Assembly (NCBI GenBank): GCA_041308845.1
Contig: JBFZAT010000011.1
Span: forward strand, 9,540-73,539
Origin: Candidatus Omnitrophota bacterium
Lineage (GTDB): Bacteria; Omnitrophota; Gorgyraeia; Gygaellales; Profunditerraquicolaceae
Reading direction: 5' to 3'
DNA length: 64,000 nt
The notes beneath the pieces were generated by a model. It was not told the origin of the DNA. It did not search any database and worked only from the letters and a program-made list of their open reading frames with translations. The number at the start of each line of letters is the position of its first letter. The first letter of the stretch is position 1. The position numbers and the translations under genes are program-made. Positions 29,092-37,561 of this stretch are shown here, one piece after another.

Positions 29092-30555
29092 TTGATGGCA
29101 GAGTTAAAGAATAAAAAAATCCTTCTCATTTTTCCTGACAACAGCCCATTTCCTTACCATATCGCCACGCCGCTAAATATTTTCTGCTTGGGAACGTATT
29201 TAAACAACCAAGGTTATCAAGTGTTTTACTATGATGAACGGGTGGAATCCTTAAAGCAGCTTTATGCCAGGCTGGAGGAGAAGCCGTTTCTGGTGGGCTT
29301 AACTACGATGACCTCGCATCAAATCAAGCGTGCTATTGCTATCGCTGCCAGGATTAAAAAAGTTTTTCCCCGTATACCGCTGGTTTGGGGAGGTGTTCAT
29401 CCTAGCATGTGTCCGGAACAGACCTTGAAATCAGATTGGGTGGATTTTGTAATTATCGGCGAAGGGGAAGAAACTCTGCTAGCTTTAGCCGATAAGCTTC
29501 AAGAAGGAATTCAAGATTTTAGCCAAATAGCAGGTTTAGCTTGGAAAAAAGGCAGTGCAATCCATATAAATCAGCAGAGAGAATTTATGGATATAGAGAC
29601 ATTGCCGTTTCCCTATCCAGACCAGGCAGCCAGTAGGCTTGCTTTATATCTTAAACATGAGACTACTCTACCGGTAGTCGGTTATCAGCTTTCCCGGGGG
29701 TGCCGTTTCCGGTGCCGTTTTTGTTACAGCACTTTTTTCCATAAGGGGATCTGCAGGACAAAAAGCAAAGAAAAGATTAAAGATGAGCTGACAAAAATTC
29801 AAGGTTTGGGCGTAAAGAAAATAATTTTTTATGATGATAGCCTGGGGCCGGACAGGCAGATGTTATACGCATTAACCGAAATTATGGGCGGGCTTAAAAT
29901 GCGTTGGACTGCTTCCCCGCGCCTAGAATTTTTCGATCAAGATTTGTTGGAAAGATTTCAAGAGAGCGGTTGTGAACATTTATGTTTTGGCATTGAATCG
30001 TTTTCAGATGAGAGGCTGGGTTATCTGGGTAAAGGGCTTACTCGGAAGCAGATTTTAGCCGGGGTTAAAGTTATGGCCCAGGCTCAAAACCGAGTTACTT
30101 ATCTATTGATGTTTGGCTTTCCCGATGAATCCGTCGAGGATTTAAAAGAAATGTTGGATTTCGTTGATGAACTAAGACGGTTGCATAAAAATGCCGAGGT
30201 CGCCTTGCAGCCATATGCTCCGTTTCCGGGTACGCCGCTTTATGAGCAGGCGGTAAAAAATGGATTTCAGCCTCCCCTTCAACTAGCAGGCTGGAGCAGA
30301 TTTACCATGGATGACGTGCACACCCCTTGGGTTAAGAATAAGGCCCAGTTAAGAAACTTATATTTAATTTCATTTATGGCTTTTAGGTATGATTGGTTGC
30401 TTAGTGGGTTTAAGTTAAAATATTTTTATTATTTACTGCACAAAATAGCGCTTTGGAGATGGAAAAAAAGATTTTTTGGCTTTTGTGTTGAGTCTTGGTT
30501 ATATCGGCAGTATAAAAGAGCCTGGATTATTTATCAAAAAATAACCAAAGGTTAA
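29092..30555 (+). CDS. B12-binding-domain radical SAM enzyme (class B), third paralog
   Basis: N-terminal B12-like Rossmann domain (KKILLIFPDN...VGLTTMTSH...LVWGGVHPS) and LSRGCRFRCRFCYS. Confidence 0.75.
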   Translation: MMAELKNKKILLIFPDNSPFPYHIATPLNIFCLGTYLNNQGYQVFYYDERVESLKQLYARLEEKPFLVGLTTMTSHQIKRAIAIAARIKKVFPRIPLVWGGVHPSMCPEQTLKSDWVDFVIIGEGEETLLALADKLQEGIQDFSQIAGLAWKKGSAIHINQQREFMDIETLPFPYPDQAASRLALYLKHETTLPVVGYQLSRGCRFRCRFCYSTFFHKGICRTKSKEKIKDELTKIQGLGVKKIIFYDDSLGPDRQMLYALTEIMGGLKMRWTASPRLEFFDQDLLERFQESGCEHLCFGIESFSDERLGYLGKGLTRKQILAGVKVMAQAQNRVTYLLMFGFPDESVEDLKEMLDFVDELRRLHKNAEVALQPYAPFPGTPLYEQAVKNGFQPPLQLAGWSRFTMDDVHTPWVKNKAQLRNLYLISFMAFRYDWLLSGFKLKYFYYLLHKIALWRWKKRFFGFCVESWLYRQYKRAWIIYQKITKG

Positions 30556-31562
30556 TTAAGTGGCTTTTTAGTGCTATCCGGTAAGAGCATTCTTAAAACC
30601 CCGCAAATAAAGCCTATACCGATAGTCAGATGCATGAGGTGTACAGCAAGGTAAACTCTTCCTGTAAAAAACAGGCCTTCCTTTAAATAAACATAGCGCA
30701 GGAATTTTATTTCTAATAAAAATTGGGAAAAAAGCATTACCAGGGAAATAATCAAAAGATTATAATGCAGGAAAGAGCATAAAAAGCAACTTATGCCCCA
30801 GAAAGAAAAAACAGCAGATAAGCTCTCTTGGGCAGTGGCCAAGGCGCCCGGGGATTCGAATTTTATTCTTTTTATAAATACGGGGGCCCAGGTGGCGCTT
30901 CTGGTTAATAGTGTTTTTAGACGTTGTGGGAAATTTTTACACCGGCGTTCAAATTGGATGTTTTGCAGGATAACGTTCCGGTAAACATTAGATAGCCGAT
31001 GGCCGAATTCATATTCTTCAATGCCGGCCCCTTTAAAACTTGGATTAAATCCTCCTAACTGTTTAAAAGCCTTTGTTCTAATTGCTCCGCATTGGGATTG
31101 GAAAATCGTATAATTTCTATAAACTTCGTTTTTTATCCACCGGTAATAGTAATATGTTCTTAAGGAGATAAACTTTGCGCCAAAGGTTTCAGAACAGTAC
31201 TTAGGCGACATCGTACAAGCAATAGCGGTAATTTCCTGTTTTTGGTTAAAAAATTCCCAGATCTGATCCAAGGTATCCTTTTTAATGAATACGTCAGCAT
31301 CAATAAATAACAGAATGTCTCCTTGGGCTTTTTCTGCGCCATCATTGCGAGAAGCTGCAGCGCCTCGGTTTAGCGCATGTTTTATAATTTTTACCGGGAA
31401 GTTATGAGCGATTTCAGCAGTCGCATCTTGGCTGCAGTCTTCCACTACGATCACTTCAAAATCTTTAAAATCCGAGGCAAAAACTGCTTTAAGGCAGTCT
31501 TTCAGGGTATCTGCAGCATTAAAGGCCGGGACGATTATAGAAATTTTAAAGTTATCAGGCAT
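30552..31562 (-). CDS. GT2 glycosyltransferase with C-terminal membrane anchor
   Basis: ISIIVPAFNAADTL...FEVIVVEDCSQDAT...LFIDADV (DxD), C-terminal hydrophobic helices. It is the only minus-strand gene in the island. Confidence 0.7.
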   Translation of the reverse strand: MPDNFKISIIVPAFNAADTLKDCLKAVFASDFKDFEVIVVEDCSQDATAEIAHNFPVKIIKHALNRGAAASRNDGAEKAQGDILLFIDADVFIKKDTLDQIWEFFNQKQEITAIACTMSPKYCSETFGAKFISLRTYYYYRWIKNEVYRNYTIFQSQCGAIRTKAFKQLGGFNPSFKGAGIEEYEFGHRLSNVYRNVILQNIQFERRCKNFPQRLKTLLTRSATWAPVFIKRIKFESPGALATAQESLSAVFSFWGISCFLCSFLHYNLLIISLVMLFSQFLLEIKFLRYVYLKEGLFFTGRVYLAVHLMHLTIGIGFICGVLRMLLPDSTKKPLN

Positions 31563-31760
31563 AGTCTAGTTAGTTGGTTTATAGAAACTCTGGGCTTTTA
31601 TTATTCTCCATATTCAGCTAGTTTTCAAGTGAAATTTAAGCATATATTTTATAAATGTTTTTAGAGTAGGGTTGAAATGCCGATTGTAAAATATATACAC
31701 TACAGCTATAATAAAACTAAAGTTTACCTCGGAAGAGATATGAGCTAGAGTAAAAGCTAA

Positions 31761-32900
31761 ATGAATTTGATATTGGACCTTTGTAAAAAATTCAAGCGCC
31801 AACTTATTAATATTAAGACTCTCAAGGCAGTGTCTGTGCGCGGTTATTTGCTGCATCTATTCGGTTCTCTGCGTCTGATTTTTAACGGGCAGAAAGCGAT
31901 CTTCCCGCTTAACATTACGCTAGATTTGACTTATGATTGTAATCTTCTTTGTGAATTTTGTTTCTTGAATTTTCTGCCAAATTTTAGAAAGGAGAACAAA
32001 GGGGAGTTGTTAGGCTTCGAGGAAATCTCCGGCCTGATTAAATCGATAGGTACAAAAAATACATCATTTCTTTTAACCGGAGGTGAGCCGTTATTGAGGA
32101 AAGATTTGCTCAAGATTATAAATACGATTAACCAAAGCGGTTTTCATTGCGGTTTATTCACTAACGCTACCCTGCTTAGTCCGGATATTTCCGAAAAAAT
32201 AATTGCAGCTGGCTTAAGCTATTTGCTCTTCTCTCTAGACGGGCCAGAAAAAATTCATGATGCATTACGGGGTGTGCCTGGAAGCTTTAAGAAAACCTAC
32301 GGAAATATCGAGTATTTAATTAACAAACGAAAGAATTCCACACCGCGCGTAATTATGAACAGCTTAATTTTAGATAAAAATCAGTCAGGTTTATTAGAAA
32401 TGGTGGACATCGCAAAGGGCTTAAAGGTTGATTGTATTGCCTTTGATTTTTTGACTTTTCTTACTACCGATGACTTCGAAGCTCACCGTGTTAATTTTAA
32501 TAATTTTTCTCCCCAGGATAATTTCAAAAGTTTGGTTTTAGTCAAAGATTTTAAAAACGCAGATTTTCAGGATTTGACCAAAAAGATTGAAGCCGTAAAA
32601 AAATATGCCCGCAGTCAAAAAGTAAGGATCTTCTTTAAACCGGATTTAAGTAAAAAAGAATTACAGGGATGGTTTAAACAGGGATTTAGATTTATCCGTA
32701 GATGCATCTACCCCTGGAATGTGATGAGAGTGTCTCCTTACGGAGACGTTTATCCTTGCGCCGCTTTTTATATTAAGATGGGTAATATCCGGCAGACTCC
32801 GGTCGGGGAGCTTTGGAATAATCGGAAATTTAGAGATTTTCGCAAGTTGCTCCGGGGCAGAAATCAGCTCTCTGGATGCAACCGCTGTGTGAAGTTATAA
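31761..32900 (+). CDS. Radical SAM protein with Cys-rich C-terminus (SPASM/twitch-like)
   Basis: LTYDCNLLCEFCF (CxxxCxxC), TGGEPLL, C-terminal CAAFY...CNRC cysteines. Confidence 0.7.
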   Translation: MNLILDLCKKFKRQLINIKTLKAVSVRGYLLHLFGSLRLIFNGQKAIFPLNITLDLTYDCNLLCEFCFLNFLPNFRKENKGELLGFEEISGLIKSIGTKNTSFLLTGGEPLLRKDLLKIINTINQSGFHCGLFTNATLLSPDISEKIIAAGLSYLLFSLDGPEKIHDALRGVPGSFKKTYGNIEYLINKRKNSTPRVIMNSLILDKNQSGLLEMVDIAKGLKVDCIAFDFLTFLTTDDFEAHRVNFNNFSPQDNFKSLVLVKDFKNADFQDLTKKIEAVKKYARSQKVRIFFKPDLSKKELQGWFKQGFRFIRRCIYPWNVMRVSPYGDVYPCAAFYIKMGNIRQTPVGELWNNRKFRDFRKLLRGRNQLSGCNRCVKL

Positions 32901-32934
32901 AATTAAGGTTTAAGAAATTAGCCAGTGGAGTTCG

Positions 32935-34584
32935 ATGCTCATGGCAGTAAAAGAAAGATTAATTCTCTATTTAATCGCGTTACTATTTTTGATTTTAGCG
33001 CTGCCTAATTTAAATTATCCGGGGTTAAGCATCGATGAAGCCGGAGACGGGATTGTGAGTGGGTATATTTTTAAGAATTTACCTGCGGAGAGTAAAAACT
33101 TATCAAGCATTATTGGGGCCGATAGGGTTGTTCTATTCAATAAGTTAATCCCGATTATGACCGGAGAATATCATGCTTCGGTTAATTCTTATATAATCTT
33201 GCCGTTTTTACGCTTTTTCGGTTTTAATGTATTTGCCCTCCGTTTGGCTTCGCTTTTGATTGCCCTGTTTTCCGTATTTTTAATCTATTTTGTTTGTAAG
33301 ATTTGGTTTAGTCGCAGAATAGCCTGGGTGGTTAGCTTATTGTCTGCCAGCAATTTAGGTTTTGTTCAATATAGCCGAGTGGGTTTATTCCGGGAAGAAA
33401 TATTTATAATCTTTTTTTTCTGGATTACTATTTTTCTGTTTTTGAAATATTTTGAACAAAAGAAGCTCGGGTTTGTTTACGCCGGTTTTTATTGTTTGGG
33501 TTTAGGTGTAAGTAATAAAGTTACATTTCTTTGGTATGCGGCCGGCCTGCTGCTGGCTTATTTTTCTTTGAGAAGGAAACTCGGCCTTTCGTTATTGCTT
33601 AGCCTAAAGCAGAAATTAATCTGTTTAACCGGGTTTTGTTTAGGTTCGGTTTTTTTGATAATTTATAATGTTAGACAACCGGGGATAAGCTTTAGAATAC
33701 TGCTGCAGTCTTTATTTTTCTATCCGGTAATCAAAAACAATACGCAAATTAGTAATTTGCACTATTGGGAAAATTTAAAAATAAGAATTTCGCATTTAAT
33801 CATGTTTCTGAAAGAAAATATTACCGAACGCTGTGATTGGGGTGTTCAGCAGGCAGGCTGGCTTGAACACTGGTCTTTTATGATTATGCTTTTGAGCGTA
33901 ATAACTTTTAGCGGGACGTTAATCTGCGTATTATTATCCAAAAATCATCAGCAGAAATATCGGATATTATTTTTTTATGTTGTATTTATAACGGTATTTG
34001 CTTTAACGCCATTTACGGTGAGCGGATTTGACCCGGGGCACCTTTTAGTTTTATTTCCCTTTACCCAGATTGTATTGGCTTTATTTTTAGATTATATTTG
34101 GCAATCCGCTGGCCAGCATAAGAAGTTTATCGCGGCAGTTTATCCTGTTTTTTTAATACCGGTGTTGACATTTCATATTTTGATGAATATTCACTTCCAT
34201 CAAGCAATGCGGGAAAACGGCGGGTATCGGAGATGGTCAACGGCTATCTACGAATTGGCCGATTACTTGGATAAAAACAAGATTCAGCCGGTAACTTTTG
34301 GCTGGGGTTTAAAAGAAAACCTGGCTTTTTTGACCGATCAGAGGGTAGTGCCTATACAATTTGACGAATTTAATTTTTCGCAAGCAGCACTGATTAAAGA
34401 ATATGACCGTTTAGCGGTTAAAAAAGAGCCGTTTTTCTATCTGACCATGATGGCTGAGGAGAATACTTCTTTTTTAGAGCTTTTTATGAATTTGGCGGCA
34501 GAAGACGGAAAAAATAAAGTATTAGAAAAGATATTTTTTAATCAGGCTGGTGATCAGGTTTACTGGTTGTATAAAATTTATTAG
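32935..34584 (+). CDS. GT-C-fold membrane glycosyltransferase (ArnT/PMT-like), paralog C2
   Basis: LSIDEAGDG, REEIFIIFFFW and AIYELADYLDKNKI blocks align with 27427..29052. Confidence 0.55.
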   Translation: MLMAVKERLILYLIALLFLILALPNLNYPGLSIDEAGDGIVSGYIFKNLPAESKNLSSIIGADRVVLFNKLIPIMTGEYHASVNSYIILPFLRFFGFNVFALRLASLLIALFSVFLIYFVCKIWFSRRIAWVVSLLSASNLGFVQYSRVGLFREEIFIIFFFWITIFLFLKYFEQKKLGFVYAGFYCLGLGVSNKVTFLWYAAGLLLAYFSLRRKLGLSLLLSLKQKLICLTGFCLGSVFLIIYNVRQPGISFRILLQSLFFYPVIKNNTQISNLHYWENLKIRISHLIMFLKENITERCDWGVQQAGWLEHWSFMIMLLSVITFSGTLICVLLSKNHQQKYRILFFYVVFITVFALTPFTVSGFDPGHLLVLFPFTQIVLALFLDYIWQSAGQHKKFIAAVYPVFLIPVLTFHILMNIHFHQAMRENGGYRRWSTAIYELADYLDKNKIQPVTFGWGLKENLAFLTDQRVVPIQFDEFNFSQAALIKEYDRLAVKKEPFFYLTMMAEENTSFLELFMNLAAEDGKNKVLEKIFFNQAGDQVYWLYKIY

Positions 34585-34598
34585 GGTGCAATGCTAAA

Positions 34599-35519
34599 AT
34601 GATCGAAATTTCAGTTGTGGTGCCGATTCTCAACGAAGAGGGGAGCCTGCGGCTTTTAAACGGTGCTTTGTGTCGGGTGCTAGAAGAAAGCGGGAAAAAG
34701 TTCGAGGTCGTTTTTGTTGATGACGGCAGTACTGATAGTAGTTTTGCCATTTTGTCGCAATTAGCCCAGCATGACCATCGGCTGAAGGTAATTAAATTTA
34801 CTAAAAATTTTGGCCAAACCCCAGCGATTGCCGCTGGAGTTCGTTATGCCCAGGGGCGAATTATTATATTGATGGACGGAGATTTACAGAATGACCCTGC
34901 CGATATACCTGGTTTATTGTATAAATTAGATGACGGTTTCGATGTTGCTAGCGGATGGCGTAGAAAACGCCAGGATCCTTTTTTATCGAAAAGAATACCT
35001 TCTTATCTGGCCAACAAATTAATTTCCCTGTTGACCGGCATAAAGCTTCATGATTTCGGTTGTACCTTTAAGGCTTACCGTAGTGAGGTGATTAAAGAGA
35101 TCCGGTTGCAAGGTGAAATGCATCGGTTTTTGCCGGTTTTTGCTGTCCGGGCCGGCTACCGAGTTAGCGAAGTGGAGGTGGCCCATTCTAAGCGGTCACA
35201 GGGAAAGTCTAAATATGGGTTAAACCGGATTTTGAAAGTCCTACTGGACCTACCCGGATTAGTATTTTTGCACAATTATTCTATCAGGCCTAATTACATC
35301 TTTGGCGGGTGGGGGCTATTTTTGATTTTTATTGCCATTCTATTTTTCTTAGGTGCTGTTTTGTTTCATATCTTACGTGGCATTCTGCTTTCAGGTATTA
35401 TTCTGGCGATCGGGATCCAGTTGGTTATACTGGGTTTAGTTATTGAAATGTTCACCCGGGTATATAATGACATTACTTCCAAGCAGCCGTATATAATTAA
35501 AACCTTAATCAATTTTTAA
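34599..35519 (+). CDS. GT2 polyprenol-phosphate glycosyltransferase (ArnC/GtrB-like) with two C-terminal TM helices
   Basis: VVVPILNEEGSL...VVFVDDGSTDSS...ILMDGDLQNDP, C-terminal hydrophobic pair; paralog of 26664..27389. Confidence 0.75.
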   Translation: MIEISVVVPILNEEGSLRLLNGALCRVLEESGKKFEVVFVDDGSTDSSFAILSQLAQHDHRLKVIKFTKNFGQTPAIAAGVRYAQGRIIILMDGDLQNDPADIPGLLYKLDDGFDVASGWRRKRQDPFLSKRIPSYLANKLISLLTGIKLHDFGCTFKAYRSEVIKEIRLQGEMHRFLPVFAVRAGYRVSEVEVAHSKRSQGKSKYGLNRILKVLLDLPGLVFLHNYSIRPNYIFGGWGLFLIFIAILFFLGAVLFHILRGILLSGIILAIGIQLVILGLVIEMFTRVYNDITSKQPYIIKTLINF

Positions 35520-35542
35520 TAAAAGAAAGGCTGAGCTGTTAG

Positions 35543-37438
35543 ATGTGTGGTATTTGTGGTATTGTTGCGACTAATCGAACAAGCCCGATCAAGCGGGAAG
35601 ACTTTCAGTCTATGGTGAATGTTTTATATCATCGTGGTCCCGATGATCAAGGAGTTTTTTTTGACCATAACATAGCCTTAGGCCTGAGGCGTTTAAGCGT
35701 AATTGATTTAAAGACAGGGCACCAGCCGATGCCTAACGAAAATAAAACCCTGTGGATTGTTTTTAACGGTATGATTTATAATTATTTAGAATTACGACGG
35801 CATTTAGAAGCTAAGGGTTATTTTTTCCGCACCCAGAGCGACACCGAGGTTATTCTCCATCTTTATGAAGAATATGGGGCAGATTGTGTCTTGTGGTTAA
35901 ATGGGATGTTTGCTTTTGCCATTTGGGAAGCTAAGCAACAAAAACTGTTTCTTGCCCGAGACCGTTTAGGCGTAAAACCTTTGTATTATACTAGTTTTGG
36001 CGGATATTTCCTTTTTGCCTCCGAAATCAAAGCGTTATTAAAGTTTCCTGGGATAAAAAAAGAGATGAACCTGCGTTCTGTATCAGAGTATTTGGCTTTG
36101 GAATATGTTCCCACGGCGGATTCGATGTTTGAAGATATCAAAAAATTGCTGCCGGCGCACACTTTAATTTATGCCCATGGGCAGCTTTCTGTTCAGCGCT
36201 ATTGGGATATCGTTATCCACCAAAATTGCCCCGCAAAAAATAATTTGGATGAGGCGCTTAGCCGGTTGTCGGAGTTGCTTAAAGATGCGGTAAGAATTAG
36301 GTTGATTAGCGATGTGCCGGTAGGCGTATTTTTAAGCGGGGGATTGGATTCTAGCCTAGTGACTGCCCTTTGTGGGTCTCTTGGCAGTAGTAAAATTAAA
36401 ACTTTTTCTATAGGTTTTGACAAACCATCCTTTGATGAAAGTCATTTTTCCCGGCGAGTCGCTGGTTATTTCCATACCCAACATTATGAAAAGATGTGCA
36501 CCCATCGAGAAGTGCTGAATCTTATACCGGCATTAGTTGAGTCTTTAGATGAACCCTTCGCGGATGCCTCAATCCTGCCAACTTATCTTTTATCTAAATT
36601 TGCTAAGGAACAAATTACGGTAGCTTTAAGCGGTGACGGAGGCGATGAATTATTTGCCGGATACTCTACTTATATTGCCCATCGCATCGCAAATTATTTT
36701 TCCTTGTTGCCTGCCGCAGTCAGCCGGGGGATGCTTGGTTTGGCTAAATGGATGCTGCCCGTATCGATGCAGTATATGAGTTTTGATTTCCGTTTTAAGA
36801 AATTCTTTGCCCACTTGCATAACCCCGCTTATATCCGTCACCATCTTTGGCTGGGATCGTTTTCTCCTCAGGAACAAAAACAACTATTTTGCCCCTGGGT
36901 CAACGCCGGGCTGAACAATTATGATATCTTTAATGCCTCTCAGAACCATTTCTATAAGCTTAATAACGGTAAACTTTTGGATCAGTTACAATATTTAGAC
37001 CTGCAGACTTATCTTCCGGGCATTGGTTTAGCTAGAGTTGATGCTGCCAGCATGGCTAATTCACTAGAAGTACGTTCTCCGTTTTTGGATTACCGTTTAA
37101 TGGAATTTGTTTTAAACTTACCCCAGAAATTTAGACTTCATCATTTTACCCGAAAATATATTTTGAAAAAATACGCTCAACAGATGATCCCTAAAAGAAT
37201 TATTCATCGGTATAAAAAAGGTTTCGGGGTGCCCGTCTCCTTATGGATTGGCAGAGAACTGAAAAATTTTGTTTTGGAGATATTATCCGAAGAAAATATA
37301 AACCGCCAGGGCCTTTTTCATTATCCCTATATAAAAAGGCTCCTGGAGGAACATTTTAACCGGCAAGTGGATAATCATAAAAAAATTTGGACGCTTTTAA
37401 TGTTTGAGCTGTGGCGGAAAAAGATTTGGCCAGCTTAA
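35543..37438 (+). CDS. asnB: Asparagine synthetase B-family glutamine-dependent amidotransferase (AsnB, or WbpS-like glycan amidotransferase)
   Basis: MCGICGIV N-terminal nucleophile Cys, SGGLDSS PP-loop, 631 aa. Confidence 0.8.
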   Translation: MCGICGIVATNRTSPIKREDFQSMVNVLYHRGPDDQGVFFDHNIALGLRRLSVIDLKTGHQPMPNENKTLWIVFNGMIYNYLELRRHLEAKGYFFRTQSDTEVILHLYEEYGADCVLWLNGMFAFAIWEAKQQKLFLARDRLGVKPLYYTSFGGYFLFASEIKALLKFPGIKKEMNLRSVSEYLALEYVPTADSMFEDIKKLLPAHTLIYAHGQLSVQRYWDIVIHQNCPAKNNLDEALSRLSELLKDAVRIRLISDVPVGVFLSGGLDSSLVTALCGSLGSSKIKTFSIGFDKPSFDESHFSRRVAGYFHTQHYEKMCTHREVLNLIPALVESLDEPFADASILPTYLLSKFAKEQITVALSGDGGDELFAGYSTYIAHRIANYFSLLPAAVSRGMLGLAKWMLPVSMQYMSFDFRFKKFFAHLHNPAYIRHHLWLGSFSPQEQKQLFCPWVNAGLNNYDIFNASQNHFYKLNNGKLLDQLQYLDLQTYLPGIGLARVDAASMANSLEVRSPFLDYRLMEFVLNLPQKFRLHHFTRKYILKKYAQQMIPKRIIHRYKKGFGVPVSLWIGRELKNFVLEILSEENINRQGLFHYPYIKRLLEEHFNRQVDNHKKIWTLLMFELWRKKIWPA

Positions 37439-37482
37439 TCTTCTAAACAGGCCGCGTAGCTTAAGTTAGTCTAGGATTATCG

Positions 37483-37537
37483 CTGATTTGCCTTGAGTTT
37501 TACCTGCCCGAATGTTATTATAGCAATAAGTTTTACC
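37483..37537 (+). promoter_or_regulatory. Second copy of the duplicated promoter element (TTGAGT-N17-TATTAT)
   Basis: GATTTGCCTTGAGTTTTACCTGCCCGAATGTTATTATAGCAATAAGTTTTA; paralogous to 26519-26575. Confidence 0.5.
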
Positions 37538-37561
37538 TGCTGTATATAATTACACATAAAA

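Noticed and set aside
30793-31664. Small + strand ORFs (30793-30984, 31377-31664) and minus ORF 31160-31345
   Set aside because: They overlap the well-supported minus-strand GT2 gene (30552-31562) in other frames or antisense, and have no recognisable motifs. 31563-31760 is better explained as a divergent promoter region between the GT2 gene and the rSAM gene at 31761.
15064-37438. Interpretation of the island as an O-antigen/capsule locus
   Set aside because: No Wzx flippase, Wzy polymerase, Wzz, ABC exporter, initiating phosphoglycosyltransferase (WbaP/WecA) or nucleotide-sugar synthesis genes are present. The content (GT-C, DUF2079, polyprenol-P GT2, radical SAM) does not fit classical surface-polysaccharide loci, so I kept it as an unclassified system.
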